Positions 24,327-34,466 of a stretch of 64,000 bases of DNA are shown here, in pieces. The position numbers were made by a program, and so were the translations under genes. The notes under the pieces were generated by a model. The model saw nothing but the letters and a program-made list of their open reading frames with translations, did not search any database and was not told where the DNA came from. The stretch is from Coriobacteriia bacterium (lineage in GTDB: Bacteria; Actinomycetota; Coriobacteriia; WRKU01; WQUG01), in the NCBI GenBank assembly GCA_009779855.1, contig WRBC01000004.1, forward strand, positions 30,769 through 94,768. Direction: 5' to 3'. Each line of letters opens with the position of its first letter. Within the stretch, counting starts at the first letter, position 1.

Positions 24327-26646
24327 ATCACGTAGTCAACCACTTGATAAACGAGAGCGCACTGAACCCCCTCCTAGACCGCAAATTCCGCTTATTATCT
24401 GGATTTTATTAGCTTTTCTGCTTGGTGCTACTCTGATGTATGGACGCATGAATAGCCTCTATATTGAGGCACAGGAAGTATCGCGTGGCTATCAGGTAGT
24501 GACGGTGCGTGCGCGAGCAGATCCGCGTGATGGACAGTATGGTGCTAGTGGGGAGGTCGTGGTCTTAGAGGGTGCTTTGCAGGGACAGAGGCTTGAATTG
24601 CGCTATGGCAGAGACATTGCCCCTCTTGAATTGGGTCAGACTGCTGAGGTTCGCGGGATTGTTCAGGGGTTGCCCTTAGAAGCAAGACAGCAACATCGCT
24701 TTTCTCGTGGTCTTACCGGAACCTTATCAGTGCAGTCGATTGATTCCGTGTATTATGCCAACAGTCCCTTAGGTCAACTTTGGAGCCTGCGTGCATCTTT
24801 GCAGAAAAAATTGAAAACACAGGCAGCTGTTACAGCTGAAGATGATAAGCAGATCGATAATAGGACTGGGCAGAGCAACTATGATCCCCAGTCGCTTGAC
24901 GCAACCAAAGAGAAGAGCGAAGCATACGGCCTCATAGCTGGACTTACTTATGGGGATAGACGAGAACTTAAAGACTCTCCTTTAGAAAGTGCGCTGCAGA
25001 GGACAGGTCTTGCACATTTTCTTGCTGTAAGTGGTACCCATATGGCACTGCTGGGCGCACTTCTTTTCTTTGCTTTAAACAAGACCTCTTTAGGTCGTAT
25101 AGGGGTAAGCGCGATTACATTGCTTATTTGCACCTGCTTTGTCTTCTTTACCGGCTTCGCTGCTGGCAGCATCAGATCAGTGCTTATGCTTGCGTTTGCT
25201 TTAGGGGCGTACTGCCTCTGGCGCCGGGTTTGCGTACTAAGCTCTATGGGGCTTGCGGGATTGATTATGCTAATTCTTGACCCTTTGCTTGCTATTTCAC
25301 TGGGTTTTTTGCTTTCTTTTGGCTCTGTGGCAGGGATTGTTATTTTTGGTCGCTACATTCAACAGTGGTTGACCTGTCTTATTCCTGTTAAGCTTCGACA
25401 AAGGTCAAAGACGCTTACCAATGGTCTTGCTATTGCCCTTGTTGCTGCGCTTGTCACTTTACCACTGACTTTGGAAGCTTTTGGTATACTGCCCCTTATT
25501 GGACCGCTGGCAAATCTACTTCTTGCTCCGGCGCTTTGCGCACTACTTATCCTTAGTTTTGTAGCACACTTCTTTTTGCTCGCACTGCCTCCGCTTGGAA
25601 TGGTTTTACTGGACGCATGTCTCATATATTCAGGGTTTTTGGGCACTATTATCAAGAGGCTTGCTCAAATTTCATGGGCAAGTATTCCTATGGAGGGGCT
25701 ATCTACCACTGGGGTAGCAATCTTCATTGGCGGTTTAGTTGCTTTATGGATTTGGTGGCCTAAGCCAAACCGAAGGATGTTATTGCGCGCGATTGTTGTC
25801 ATCTGCTGTGTGTTGATTGTTGCGGGTAGTTATACTCACTTCACAGCTGGTATCAAGCATGCTGACACATCAAAAACGATAACAGTACTTGACGTTGGAC
25901 AAGGGGACGCAATGTTGGTGCGCGATGGAGGTCACACCGTTCTTGTTGACGCAGGTCCTAGCCCAGCCCTACTTCGTGAACAGCTTAATGTTCACCAGGT
26001 GAAAAGGATTGATACCCTTATCTTCACGCATGGCCATGCAGATCATGTGCGTGGTGCACAGATGCTGGATGCATCTTACGGTGTTCGTGAGATCGTTGTT
26101 GCAGAGGGGGGAGAAGACTTCCCCGCATATCTAGAGATTGCACAGCGTGTAAATGCTCCTATCGTGACTGCGCTTGCAGGTGACATTATCTCTATGGATG
26201 CACTGGATATTCGCTTTATCTGGCCACCCAGTCCTGTTAGCGACCCTAGTGCAAACGGAACTTCATTATCGAAATTGATTGTAGATACAGCACCAGATCA
26301 TTTGGATGAAAATGAGTTAGATATTGTTTTCAATAGTGGTGATGCAGAGGCTCCAGATGTGAAAAAGGCCTTTATGTTGCCAGAAATTGAGACAGCATTG
26401 CAGGTAAACGGAAAAGTACAGTCGATTGATGTAATGGTAGTTCCTCATCACGGAAGCAAAGCATCTCTTGATAAGAGTTTTCTTGAGAAGGTGGCTCCTA
26501 ATAAAGAAAAGAGCATTGCGATAATTTCTGCAGGAAAAGACAATCAGTTTGGACACCCTAGACCAGAACCATTAGAGCTAATTGGGGAATATTTTCTAAA
26601 ACTCTACCGCACTGATAAGGATGGCAGCGTTACAATAGAGTTATGA
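24313..26646 (+). CDS. comEC: DNA internalization competence protein ComEC/Rec2 (with metallo-beta-lactamase domain)
   Basis: Polytopic competence domain ('GLAHFLAVSGTHMALL') plus 'VLDVGQGDAMLV ... FTHGHADHVRG' (MBL HxHxDH). The start is uncertain (GTG 24313 or ORF-track 24274) and overlaps the comEA end. Confidence 0.9.
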   Translation: MSDHKSRSQPLDKRERTEPPPRPQIPLIIWILLAFLLGATLMYGRMNSLYIEAQEVSRGYQVVTVRARADPRDGQYGASGEVVVLEGALQGQRLELRYGRDIAPLELGQTAEVRGIVQGLPLEARQQHRFSRGLTGTLSVQSIDSVYYANSPLGQLWSLRASLQKKLKTQAAVTAEDDKQIDNRTGQSNYDPQSLDATKEKSEAYGLIAGLTYGDRRELKDSPLESALQRTGLAHFLAVSGTHMALLGALLFFALNKTSLGRIGVSAITLLICTCFVFFTGFAAGSIRSVLMLAFALGAYCLWRRVCVLSSMGLAGLIMLILDPLLAISLGFLLSFGSVAGIVIFGRYIQQWLTCLIPVKLRQRSKTLTNGLAIALVAALVTLPLTLEAFGILPLIGPLANLLLAPALCALLILSFVAHFFLLALPPLGMVLLDACLIYSGFLGTIIKRLAQISWASIPMEGLSTTGVAIFIGGLVALWIWWPKPNRRMLLRAIVVICCVLIVAGSYTHFTAGIKHADTSKTITVLDVGQGDAMLVRDGGHTVLVDAGPSPALLREQLNVHQVKRIDTLIFTHGHADHVRGAQMLDASYGVREIVVAEGGEDFPAYLEIAQRVNAPIVTALAGDIISMDALDIRFIWPPSPVSDPSANGTSLSKLIVDTAPDHLDENELDIVFNSGDAEAPDVKKAFMLPEIETALQVNGKVQSIDVMVVPHHGSKASLDKSFLEKVAPNKEKSIAIISAGKDNQFGHPRPEPLELIGEYFLKLYRTDKDGSVTIEL

Positions 26647-27692
26647 CTTCAAAAGCAAAGCTTCAACCAGTGAATTTAATCATTTCTGACCAGGATCTTC
26701 TGCGAGCAGAGGCACTTAAGCGCTTGCGTCAACGCATGACAGAAGAGGGGGTTGACCTTGACCTAGACTCGCAGGTGTTTGATGCAGAGAGCATGGATAT
26801 TGCAGGCTTCACTAGTGCTACGGGTACACTGCCTTTTATGTCGCCCCTGCGTTTAGTTGTGGTTCAAAATATAGACAAACTGAAAGCATCTGATGAAAGG
26901 GTGCAGGCTGTAGTTGAATATTGCCTTAATCCTAATCCGACTACGGTGTTGACCTTAACTGCACAACGCGTGGCTAAGACAACAAAACTCTATAAGGCCG
27001 TAGCAAAAAGTGGTCTTGTAATTGACCGCAAGGCTCCTGCAAAGAAAGATTTGCCAGGGCACGTTGTTCTTATGTTTGCTCAGGCTGGTATTCAGGCATC
27101 ACAGATGGACTCAACGACTCTGATAAATTTGGTCGGCGACGATCTTGCAAGTCTTAACTCTGCCATAGAGCAACTAGCTGCTTTTAAAGATGTTGCAGGC
27201 AGGCGCAAGGCAGGTGACGACACGCTCATCTCTATATCACAACTTGAAATAACCAATATGATTGGGGACACTTCAGAGGTGAAAGCTTGGGAACTTACCG
27301 ATGCCTTGGCAAATAGGGACGGCTTAAAAACATTGGACATACTTAATCGCCTGACAAGGTCAGAGGGGGACAGCATCAATTTTCTTGTGGTCTTTCTAGC
27401 AGCGACCAAAATCCGTGAATTGTTAACTGCGCGTGCACTAATTGATAGAGGCGACGGCACATCTTCTGCCTTAATTGAGCAGTTACAGAATCACTCTACA
27501 AAAGGGAAGGGTCGCAGCTTGCAGCCTTGGTTAGCTGATAGGATTTTACGACAGGCAAGACAATTTTCCGCAGAGCAGCTGCGCGAATCATTGCGTGAAC
27601 TTGCAGAAGTTGAATATACAATGAAAACGAGCCCACCCCAATTGGGTAGGCTCGCCTTAGTTCGTTGTTTGCTTGAACTGTCTGCTACTTAA
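26643..27692 (+). CDS. holA: DNA polymerase III delta subunit
   Basis: 349 aa with an ATGA overlap with comEC, matching the conserved comEC-holA order. The N-terminal 'VNLIISDQDLLRAEALKRL' layout is delta-like. Confidence 0.8.
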   Translation: MTSKAKLQPVNLIISDQDLLRAEALKRLRQRMTEEGVDLDLDSQVFDAESMDIAGFTSATGTLPFMSPLRLVVVQNIDKLKASDERVQAVVEYCLNPNPTTVLTLTAQRVAKTTKLYKAVAKSGLVIDRKAPAKKDLPGHVVLMFAQAGIQASQMDSTTLINLVGDDLASLNSAIEQLAAFKDVAGRRKAGDDTLISISQLEITNMIGDTSEVKAWELTDALANRDGLKTLDILNRLTRSEGDSINFLVVFLAATKIRELLTARALIDRGDGTSSALIEQLQNHSTKGKGRSLQPWLADRILRQARQFSAEQLRESLRELAEVEYTMKTSPPQLGRLALVRCLLELSAT

Positions 27693-27948
27693 CTGCGTTA
27701 GCGGCCTTCATGAGACCTGACTTGCGGTTAGCGGCTTGGTTCTTATGAAGAACACCTTTTGATGCGGCGCGATCAAATAGTCTGCTCGCATCTTGTGCCG
27801 CAGCGATAGCTTCGTCACGATTACCAGCTTCAATAGCTGTTTGGACTTTCTTTGTAGCAGTCTTTAGTTCTGACTTTACTGCTCTGTTGCGCAGGCGAGC
27901 TTTCTCGTTAGTGATAATGCGCTTTTTTTGGCTTTTAATGTTTGCCAC
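27685..27948 (-). CDS. rpsT: 30S ribosomal protein S20
   Basis: '(M)ANIKSQKKRIITNEKARLRNRAVKSELKT' is the canonical S20 N-terminus. GTG 27948 follows a GAGAGGAAAG SD; the ORF-track TTG start is 27966. Confidence 0.93.
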   Translation of the reverse strand: MANIKSQKKRIITNEKARLRNRAVKSELKTATKKVQTAIEAGNRDEAIAAAQDASRLFDRAASKGVLHKNQAANRKSGLMKAANAVK

Positions 27949-28072
27949 TTGTGTCTTTCCTCTCAAATCATCAAGTCACGGCACCTGACTTTGAGTGGGG
28001 ACAAAAAGTCAAGCCCTAGAATAATACCATATTCGACACACCTGGGACGTGTGCTTTGCTACAATTCAGTAC

Positions 28073-28499
28073 GGAGTAAGCCAAGCAGCCGCGCTGCAGT
28101 ACCTTTATGACTGCGGTGAGGAAAGTCGGGGCTTCGTAGGGCAGGATGCCTGCTAACGGCAGGGCGCGGTGACGCGACGGAAAGTGCCACAGAAAAGAAA
28201 ACTCCCAGCAGCCTGGGTTCGTATTGGGTACGACCAGTTGCGGTAAGATATGTGTCCTCTCACGACGGATAGATAATCTTTGGGCAACAACTTGGCTGGG
28301 AAAAGCTGAAACGGTGTGGTAAGAGCGCACCAGCACATTGGTAACAATGTGGCTTGGTAAACCCCATTCGAAGCAAGGGCGTGTAGGTGCGGTTAAGGTC
28401 GGCCCGACCGGCGCACGGGTAGCCCGCTCGAGGCATATGGCAACATATGTCCCAGATAAATGGTTGTTCAAGACAGAACCCCGCTTATCGGCTTACTCC
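28073..28499 (+). ncRNA. rnpB: RNase P RNA, bacterial type A
   Basis: P1 pairing is GGAGTAAGCC (28073-28082) with GGCTTACTCC (28490-28499). Universal motifs GAGGAAAGTCGGGGC, ACAGAAAA, GGTAAGAGCGCACCAG, GGTAAACCCCA and AGACAGAACCCCGCTTA occur in the correct order. Confidence 0.95.
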
Positions 28500-28516
28500 T
28501 AAAATTGTAAATTGCA

Positions 28517-29026
28517 TTGAAAGGATTTGAACCTGTGTTTAAGCAGCCTGTGCAGGAATGGGAAAGCGCTATAGACGGCAAATATCTTCGGTTTAAGTGT
28601 GAACACGAAAAGGGTCAAACCTATACCCTTACAATAGGTGGCGAGTCTCTTGCAGTCAAAGGTGGATTTCTTTCTATGATGTTTGGCTTTGATGAACCCT
28701 TTACCTACGAGGGCAGAGAGATGCGTCTTGTTGCTGCCAAGGCAGGTATGGATGTTGTTTATGATGGGAAGCTTCTGGTTGCAGGTAAGCCCTATTATCC
28801 GCGACCTGCTTGGGTGTGGGTCTTTGTTATCATCTGTGTTTCCTTGGTGTTTTTAGCAGGCATGTTGGGGGGCTTCTTTGGCTTTCTGGGGGCAGTTGCT
28901 TGCATAGCAGCTTCCAGAACAGGGCTACCAGTTTTTATGCGCATTTTACTTTGCGCGGCCATTACTGTGTCAACATGGCTCGCCGTTATTGTTGCGGGGA
29001 CAACCCTGGGCACATTCTTATCTTAG
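28517..29026 (+). CDS. membrane protein, unknown function
   Basis: 169 aa with a soluble N-terminal ~95 aa, then three hydrophobic segments. The start is uncertain (TTG 28517 or GTG 28535). Confidence 0.5.
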   Translation: MKGFEPVFKQPVQEWESAIDGKYLRFKCEHEKGQTYTLTIGGESLAVKGGFLSMMFGFDEPFTYEGREMRLVAAKAGMDVVYDGKLLVAGKPYYPRPAWVWVFVIICVSLVFLAGMLGGFFGFLGAVACIAASRTGLPVFMRILLCAAITVSTWLAVIVAGTTLGTFLS

Positions 29027-29041
29027 AGAGGGATTCATTTC

Positions 29042-30229
29042 ATGATATACCGTAACAAGCTCTCGCTCTTAGGTTTTGGCATCATGCGTCTACCTATTGT
29101 AAAAACAGATTCAGGCGCAGAGGATATCGACACTTATCTTTCGACAGAGCTTATAGATTATGCGCTAGCTAATGGGGTCAACTACTTTGACACAGCTTGG
29201 CCTTATCATGAAGGTCAATCAGAGTCGTTTCTAGGGAAGGCATTAGTAGATCGTCACCCACGTGAGGATTTCTATTTAGCAACTAAGCTTCCTTTATGGG
29301 AAATTGATACTCCGGCAGATGCGGATACTCTCTTTGCAAGGCAGCTTACCAAATTGCGCACAGATTATGTCGATTTCTACCTCATGCATGCCTTAGATGG
29401 TGAGCGCTTTGATCATATGGTTAGTTCAGGCTTATTGCAGTGGGCAGTTGACTTGCAAAAATCAGGCAAGATTGGTCGGTTGGGTTTTTCATTTCACGGA
29501 ACTAATGAAGACCTTGCGCGCATAATTGCAGCCCACAGTTGGGATTTTGGACAGCTGCAGCTGAACTATCTTGATTGGGAGCTTCAAAAAGCAGGGCAGG
29601 CCTATAACATGCTTACAGATGCAGGTATTCCCGTTATAGTTATGGAGCCCGTGCGTGGCGGAAAACTAGCTTCGCTTATTCCTGCAGCAGAAGAAATTCT
29701 CAAGACACAACAACCAGGAAAATCGGTAGCTTCGTGGGCTTTTCGCTTTGTGGGGGGACTACCTAATGTGATGTCAGCGCTATCAGGCATGAGCACTCTT
29801 GATCAACTGAAGGACAATATTGAAACTTTTAGTGTGGCAGAGGTTGACCTAGTACTTACCAGTGCTGAGAGAGGCGTGCTTGACTCTGCACTAGAAGCGT
29901 CGCAGCTTGCGGCAGCGATACCTTGTACAGCCTGCAAATACTGCATGCCCTGTCCTTACGGGGTAGATATTGCAGGGGTATTTGGCTCATACAACGCCTA
30001 TAAGATGGGCGGTTCGGACTTTGGATACAAGATGGGGCTTAAGGCTTTAGGTGAAGACGCACTGGCAGACTCATGCATAGACTGTGGTGACTGCGTCCCG
30101 CTCTGTCCTCAGCAGATAGATATATCTCAGGAAATGGAAGCAATTGCTACTGAGACCGCGGAACTGTTGAGCGTAGATGAGTATAGAGCAGAACGAGCAG
30201 ATCTCATGGAAAAGCGAGGAAGCAACTAA
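29042..30229 (+). CDS. aldo/keto reductase with C-terminal 4Fe-4S ferredoxin-type domain
   Basis: 'GFGIMRLP', 'NYFDTAWPYHEGQSE' and 'YLATKLP' are AKR motifs. The C-terminal 'CTACKYCMPCPYGVDI' and 'CIDCGDCVPLCPQQIDI' are cysteine clusters. Confidence 0.8.
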   Translation: MIYRNKLSLLGFGIMRLPIVKTDSGAEDIDTYLSTELIDYALANGVNYFDTAWPYHEGQSESFLGKALVDRHPREDFYLATKLPLWEIDTPADADTLFARQLTKLRTDYVDFYLMHALDGERFDHMVSSGLLQWAVDLQKSGKIGRLGFSFHGTNEDLARIIAAHSWDFGQLQLNYLDWELQKAGQAYNMLTDAGIPVIVMEPVRGGKLASLIPAAEEILKTQQPGKSVASWAFRFVGGLPNVMSALSGMSTLDQLKDNIETFSVAEVDLVLTSAERGVLDSALEASQLAAAIPCTACKYCMPCPYGVDIAGVFGSYNAYKMGGSDFGYKMGLKALGEDALADSCIDCGDCVPLCPQQIDISQEMEAIATETAELLSVDEYRAERADLMEKRGSN

Positions 30230-30366
30230 TTTATAAGGATATTTTACACTCTATTGCGGTAGTGTGTAGGCATAGGGTATACTAATCAATCGTGTCTTCG
30301 TAGGTTATATAAGTTTTGCAGACTTGCAAACAACCCATGAACGTATAGAAAGAAGGATTTAGGATT

Positions 30367-30711
30367 ATGGATGTTATTCGCGCTTTGGAACAGCAGCAAA
30401 TTAGAGATGACTTGGCTCCGTTTCAGGTAGGCGATAATGTAAAGGTGCACTACAAGATTATCGAAGGTAATCGTGAGCGTATCCAGATTTTCGAAGGTCG
30501 TGTAATCCGCCGTCATGGTGCGATGAACCGTGAAACCTTTACTGTGCGTAAGATTAGCTTTGGTGTTGGCGTAGAGCGTACTTTCCCAGTAAACTCACCA
30601 AAAATCGAAAAGGTAGAGATTGTAAGTCGCGGTAAAGTAAGCAGGTCAAAACTTTACTTCCTTCGCGACAAAACTGGTAAGGCAGCACGTCTTAAAGAGC
30701 AAAAATTCTAG
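30367..30711 (+). CDS. rplS: 50S ribosomal protein L19
   Basis: '[34 protein letters not shown]' and '[21 protein letters not shown]' are canonical L19 sequences. Confidence 0.97.
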   Translation: MDVIRALEQQQIRDDLAPFQVGDNVKVHYKIIEGNRERIQIFEGRVIRRHGAMNRETFTVRKISFGVGVERTFPVNSPKIEKVEIVSRGKVSRSKLYFLRDKTGKAARLKEQKF

Positions 30712-30720
30712 ACAGCTTTC

Positions 30721-31413
30721 GTGTCTAATAACAAGAAACAGAAGCGCCTCTGCAATGCGGAGGCGCTTTTTGCATACGAGAAGCAACTTTACAATGAGGG
30801 AGCTCGTATTGTTGTTGGTATCGATGAGGTCGGAAGGGGGCCAATAGCAGGCCCCGTGTCGGCTGCTGCAGTCGTACTTGGGGCAGGCTGGCAACCCATC
30901 TCTGGATTATGCGATTCGAAGCAGCTAAGTGCGGCAAAGCGTGAAGAGCTCTCGACTCAATTGACGGAGTCTGTCCACTCCTCCCATATCACTCATGTTG
31001 ATGCAGCCTATATCGATGACCATGGCATTATGCCCGCACTAAGACTTGCTATGCAGCGTGCTGTTGAAGGTTTAAGTCTTGGACTTGGTAGGGACGGTGG
31101 GGATGGCGAAGTGCTTGATGAAGTTCCTAGCAAGATTCTCATTGATGGACTCCCCCTCAAGCTTTTTGAACAAGAAGAAGCCATAGTAAAAGGTGATTCA
31201 AAGATAGCCTGTATTGCAGCTGCGTCGATTATTGCTAAAGTGGCACGCGATAAGTTAATGACTGAGGCCAGTCTCGACTATCCTGCTTATCATTTTGATT
31301 CAAACAAAGGTTATGCGTCAGTTGTGCATCGCCAAGCTATTGCGAAGTTTGGACTAACACCTTTGCACAGAAAAAGCTTTTGCCGAAATTTTCTACAAGA
31401 ATCTCTATGGTGA
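30721..31413 (+). CDS. rnhB: ribonuclease HII
   Basis: 'VGIDEVGRGPIAGPV', 'DSKQLSAAKRE' and 'GDSKIACIAAASIIAKVARD' are present. The start codon is GTG. Confidence 0.92.
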   Translation: MSNNKKQKRLCNAEALFAYEKQLYNEGARIVVGIDEVGRGPIAGPVSAAAVVLGAGWQPISGLCDSKQLSAAKREELSTQLTESVHSSHITHVDAAYIDDHGIMPALRLAMQRAVEGLSLGLGRDGGDGEVLDEVPSKILIDGLPLKLFEQEEAIVKGDSKIACIAAASIIAKVARDKLMTEASLDYPAYHFDSNKGYASVVHRQAIAKFGLTPLHRKSFCRNFLQESLW

Positions 31414-31581
31414 TTTTGCGCCAAAAACCATTATTCTTTTGGCGGCAAGCTGCGGATTTAACTTTTTCGTAATAATGGCTTAATCTTATTTTAACCATCC
31501 CTTAATTCTGTCTTAACAACTTCATAATTTCCTTTTAATCTCTTCTCGCTACTATGTTGTGCAGAGGGAGGTTTATGGATT

Positions 31582-31995
31582 ATGAAAACAAGCGTTAAAA
31601 AGGGCCAGACAAACAAAGAGAGCTATCATCAGAGGATGCGTCAGCTTGGTAGACGTGGAGAAGAGTTAGCCTGCGAATTTCTTGTTCGTAATAATATGAA
31701 AATTATTGATAGAAACTGGCGTTGTAGTTATGGCGAGGCTGATGTTATTGCTATGGAAGGGCACACCCTTGTTTTTTGTGAAATAAAAACACGCAGAAGC
31801 CTTAGATATGGAAATCCTGCAGGGGCGGTTACCTTCAAGAAAAGGGAGCGCTACTATAAGCTAATTAATCTTTACCGAAGTCGCTCCGCAATACGGCACA
31901 ATTCTGTTCGATTTGACGTTATCAGTATTTTTGTTGACGAAGATAAGAGAAAAGCCCAACTTCGTTATGTGCGTGATGCTTATGCCAACTGCTAG
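31582..31995 (+). CDS. yraN: YraN-family endonuclease (UPF0102)
   Basis: 'GRRGEELACEFLVRNNMKIIDRNWRCSYGEADVIA...LVFCEIKTRRS' is the YraN signature. Confidence 0.88.
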   Translation: MKTSVKKGQTNKESYHQRMRQLGRRGEELACEFLVRNNMKIIDRNWRCSYGEADVIAMEGHTLVFCEIKTRRSLRYGNPAGAVTFKKRERYYKLINLYRSRSAIRHNSVRFDVISIFVDEDKRKAQLRYVRDAYANC

Positions 31996-32020
31996 TACAT
32001 CAGTCAGCTCTGAGAGCTCT

Positions 32021-33553
32021 ATGATGTCCAAGTTAAGTACACGACGCTACAGTGAGGTTAGTACTGCGGGGATGCAAGGAATCGAGCCAAAACAGATTAG
32101 CGTTCAGGTAAATTTAACTACAGGCTTACCGGCATTTCACATTGTTGGACTGGGCGATACGGCAGTAAAAGAGGCTCACCGTAGAGTAATAGCAGCGCTT
32201 AAAAATAGTGGTTTTCGTGTTCCTGACGGGGTCATTACCGTGAACCTTGCTCCTGCACTTCTACATAAATCTGGAACAGGATTTGATCTAGCTATTGCAG
32301 TCGGAATTCTACTTGCAGATGGAGTTCTGCCCAAAAGAAGCTTTCACAATCATCTCTTTATTGGCGAGCTGGGACTAAATGGTGCAGTTTCAAATATACG
32401 AGGCATGGTTGGCTTTGGGTTGCTTTCCCAAAAGACAGGAAAAGTAATTTCTTGCGCGGATACCTCAGTATTTGACGGACTTTTCAATGTGAGGGCATTA
32501 GAGCTCAATCATTTAAGTGATTTGCACCATCTAGCTACTCTTAAGTCAGAACAAAAATCACCTTCTTCTTATACTGACAAGGCACAAAGTGATGTCTGCG
32601 GGGACTTTGCCGATGTTGTGGGTCAGCAGCAAGCCGTACGAGCCCTAACTATTGCCGCTGCAGGACAACATAACCTTATGATGGTGGGACCGCCTGGAAC
32701 GGGGAAAACTATGCTTGCGTCCCGTTTGCCCAGCATCCTTCCCAGATTAGACTCAGAGGACCTTATTGAGTCTGCGCTGGTGTTTTCTGTGGCTGGAGTA
32801 GCTTTTGATCAGCGACTGAGGAAAAGGCCTTTTAGGTCCCCTCACCACAGTGCAACTACGACAGCGATAGTGGGGGGGGGAAATCCTGTCAAACCTGGAG
32901 AGGTGTCTCTCGCACATAATGGAGTACTCTTTTTAGACGAGATGCCTCAATTCTCACGAGGTACTTTGCAGTCACTACGGCAACCAATAGAAGAAAGAAA
33001 GGTTTGCATTGTTCGGGCACAGGGTTCATTTATGTTTCCGTCAAATTTTATACTGATTGGAGCAGCTAATCCTTGTCCCTGTGGTTATTTGGGCGATAAG
33101 TCCAAAAACTGTCGCTGTCTACCCAACCAGATTGAGCACTATCAAAATAGGATAGGTGGACCACTCATTGATCGCTTTGACATGTTTGTGTACGTTCCTC
33201 GCCCCAATCCTGATCAGTTCTTTGAAAGGGCAAACAGCAACGGACAACAGCCCCTTAGCTCAAAGAATATTTTCAAGCGTGTAGTGGCTGCACGAGACTT
33301 CGCGGAGCATTGTAAGCGAGGTTCTGTGCATGACCTCACGAGACAGCAACTCTGTGAGTCTAGTCTAATTGAAAAAGATGCTCTGGACTTGCTGCGCAGG
33401 GCGGCACATAATCTTAAGCTTTCTGGTCGTGCAATCATAAGAACACTTCGTCTATCGCGAACTATTGCAGATCTTGAACTTGCTAGACAAATTAACAGTT
33501 CTCATCTTAGCGAGGCTCTTACTTACAGAAAGACTTGGAACAGTCATGACTAA
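32021..33553 (+). CDS. comM: Mg-chelatase-like ATPase YifB/ComM
   Basis: Lon-like N-domain 'GLPAFHIVGLGDTAVKEAHRRV', Walker A 'MMVGPPGTGKTMLA', 'GVLFLDEMPQF' and 'PCPCGYLGDKSKNCRC' are present. ATG 32021 lies after the yraN stop; the ORF-track start is 31913. Confidence 0.93.
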   Translation: MMSKLSTRRYSEVSTAGMQGIEPKQISVQVNLTTGLPAFHIVGLGDTAVKEAHRRVIAALKNSGFRVPDGVITVNLAPALLHKSGTGFDLAIAVGILLADGVLPKRSFHNHLFIGELGLNGAVSNIRGMVGFGLLSQKTGKVISCADTSVFDGLFNVRALELNHLSDLHHLATLKSEQKSPSSYTDKAQSDVCGDFADVVGQQQAVRALTIAAAGQHNLMMVGPPGTGKTMLASRLPSILPRLDSEDLIESALVFSVAGVAFDQRLRKRPFRSPHHSATTTAIVGGGNPVKPGEVSLAHNGVLFLDEMPQFSRGTLQSLRQPIEERKVCIVRAQGSFMFPSNFILIGAANPCPCGYLGDKSKNCRCLPNQIEHYQNRIGGPLIDRFDMFVYVPRPNPDQFFERANSNGQQPLSSKNIFKRVVAARDFAEHCKRGSVHDLTRQQLCESSLIEKDALDLLRRAAHNLKLSGRAIIRTLRLSRTIADLELARQINSSHLSEALTYRKTWNSHD

Positions 33554-34466
33554 AGCAGCATCACTACAGCGCACGCGCTTTGAACTAACACAAGACGACG
33601 CTCTTTATCCTGAGCTCCTTGCATTGCGGGGCATCTCACCCCGTCTTATATACGGACTGGGAAAAGAGGACGCCCTAGGCCAGGGGGTTGCCATAATTGG
33701 TGCTCGAAACGCGACTTCCTATGGCAGGCGTATTGCCCGGCTGGTGGCATCTTGGGCTGCCGACTTGGGACTAGTAGTCTACTCTGGCGGGGCTAGAGGC
33801 TGTGATCAAGCTGCTCATCAGGGGGCATTAGAGGCCGGAGGTAGTACCGTTGCTGTTATGGGCTGCGGGGCAGATATTGTCTATCCTTCTCGTGCAGAAA
33901 AATTGCTTGATGAAATTACGCAAAAAGGGGCAGTGATATCTGAATATGTCTGGCAGACACCACCAATGAAGTATCGCTTTCGTGAACGTAATCGTCTCAT
34001 AGCAGCGCTTTCTGATTTAGTTATTGTGGTTGAAGCTAGGCTTCCTAGCGGAACGTTATCAACGGTGCATCATGCTTTGGAATTGGGTGTGCCCGTTGCC
34101 GCTGTACCTGGATCAATTCTGTGCCTAGAATCAGCTGCGCCCAATAGGCTGATTAGCGAGGGTGCTTTTCCTATCTGTTGCCGTGATGATCTTGCACTTG
34201 CCTGTAGTTTTTCTGAAGCTCGTACAGGTCTTTCGGAACTTTATAAAAGTTTTGAAGTTAACTCTGACTTTGAGTCAGAGTCACATGCAGGCAAAATATT
34301 TGCAGCTCTGCAAAGTATGCCAGCATTACCGGATGATTTGGTACAAGACCTAGGACTTTCCTTAGAGGAAGTACTGGAGGTATTAGGGCATTTTGAAGTG
34401 CAGGGTCGCGTAATTCGACATCCAGATGGTCGGTATGGCCACGGTGAGGGTGGTAGGCTTCTATGA
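33546..34466 (+). CDS. dprA: DNA-processing protein DprA (Smf)
   Basis: 'VAIIGARNATSYG', 'VVYSGGARGCDQAAHQGAL', 'EYVWQTPPMKYRFRERNRLIAALS' and 'SGTLSTVHHALELG' are present. ATG 33546 overlaps the comM stop. Confidence 0.93.
   Translation: MTKAASLQRTRFELTQDDALYPELLALRGISPRLIYGLGKEDALGQGVAIIGARNATSYGRRIARLVASWAADLGLVVYSGGARGCDQAAHQGALEAGGSTVAVMGCGADIVYPSRAEKLLDEITQKGAVISEYVWQTPPMKYRFRERNRLIAALSDLVIVVEARLPSGTLSTVHHALELGVPVAAVPGSILCLESAAPNRLISEGAFPICCRDDLALACSFSEARTGLSELYKSFEVNSDFESESHAGKIFAALQSMPALPDDLVQDLGLSLEEVLEVLGHFEVQGRVIRHPDGRYGHGEGGRLL

Noticed and set aside
27685-27692. 8-bp convergent overlap of the holA and rpsT stop regions, with no terminator between them
   Set aside because: The overlap is real in the sequence but is a common compact arrangement. 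Nothing suggests a special function.
28016-28471. Minus-strand ORFs of 151 aa and 64 aa (28016-28471 and 28153-28347), plus the + ORF at 27928-28110
   Set aside because: They lie entirely within or against the RNase P RNA gene (28073-28499), whose universal motifs and P1 pairing are unambiguous. They have no SD and their composition is not protein-like.
31414-31581. AT-rich gap between rnhB and yraN, with hairpin CGCCAAAA-N10-TTTTGGCG and repeated CTTAA motifs
   Set aside because: The hairpin is short and no U-tract follows it, and the repeats are low-complexity AT-rich sequence. The simplest reading is a weak terminator plus the yraN promoter.
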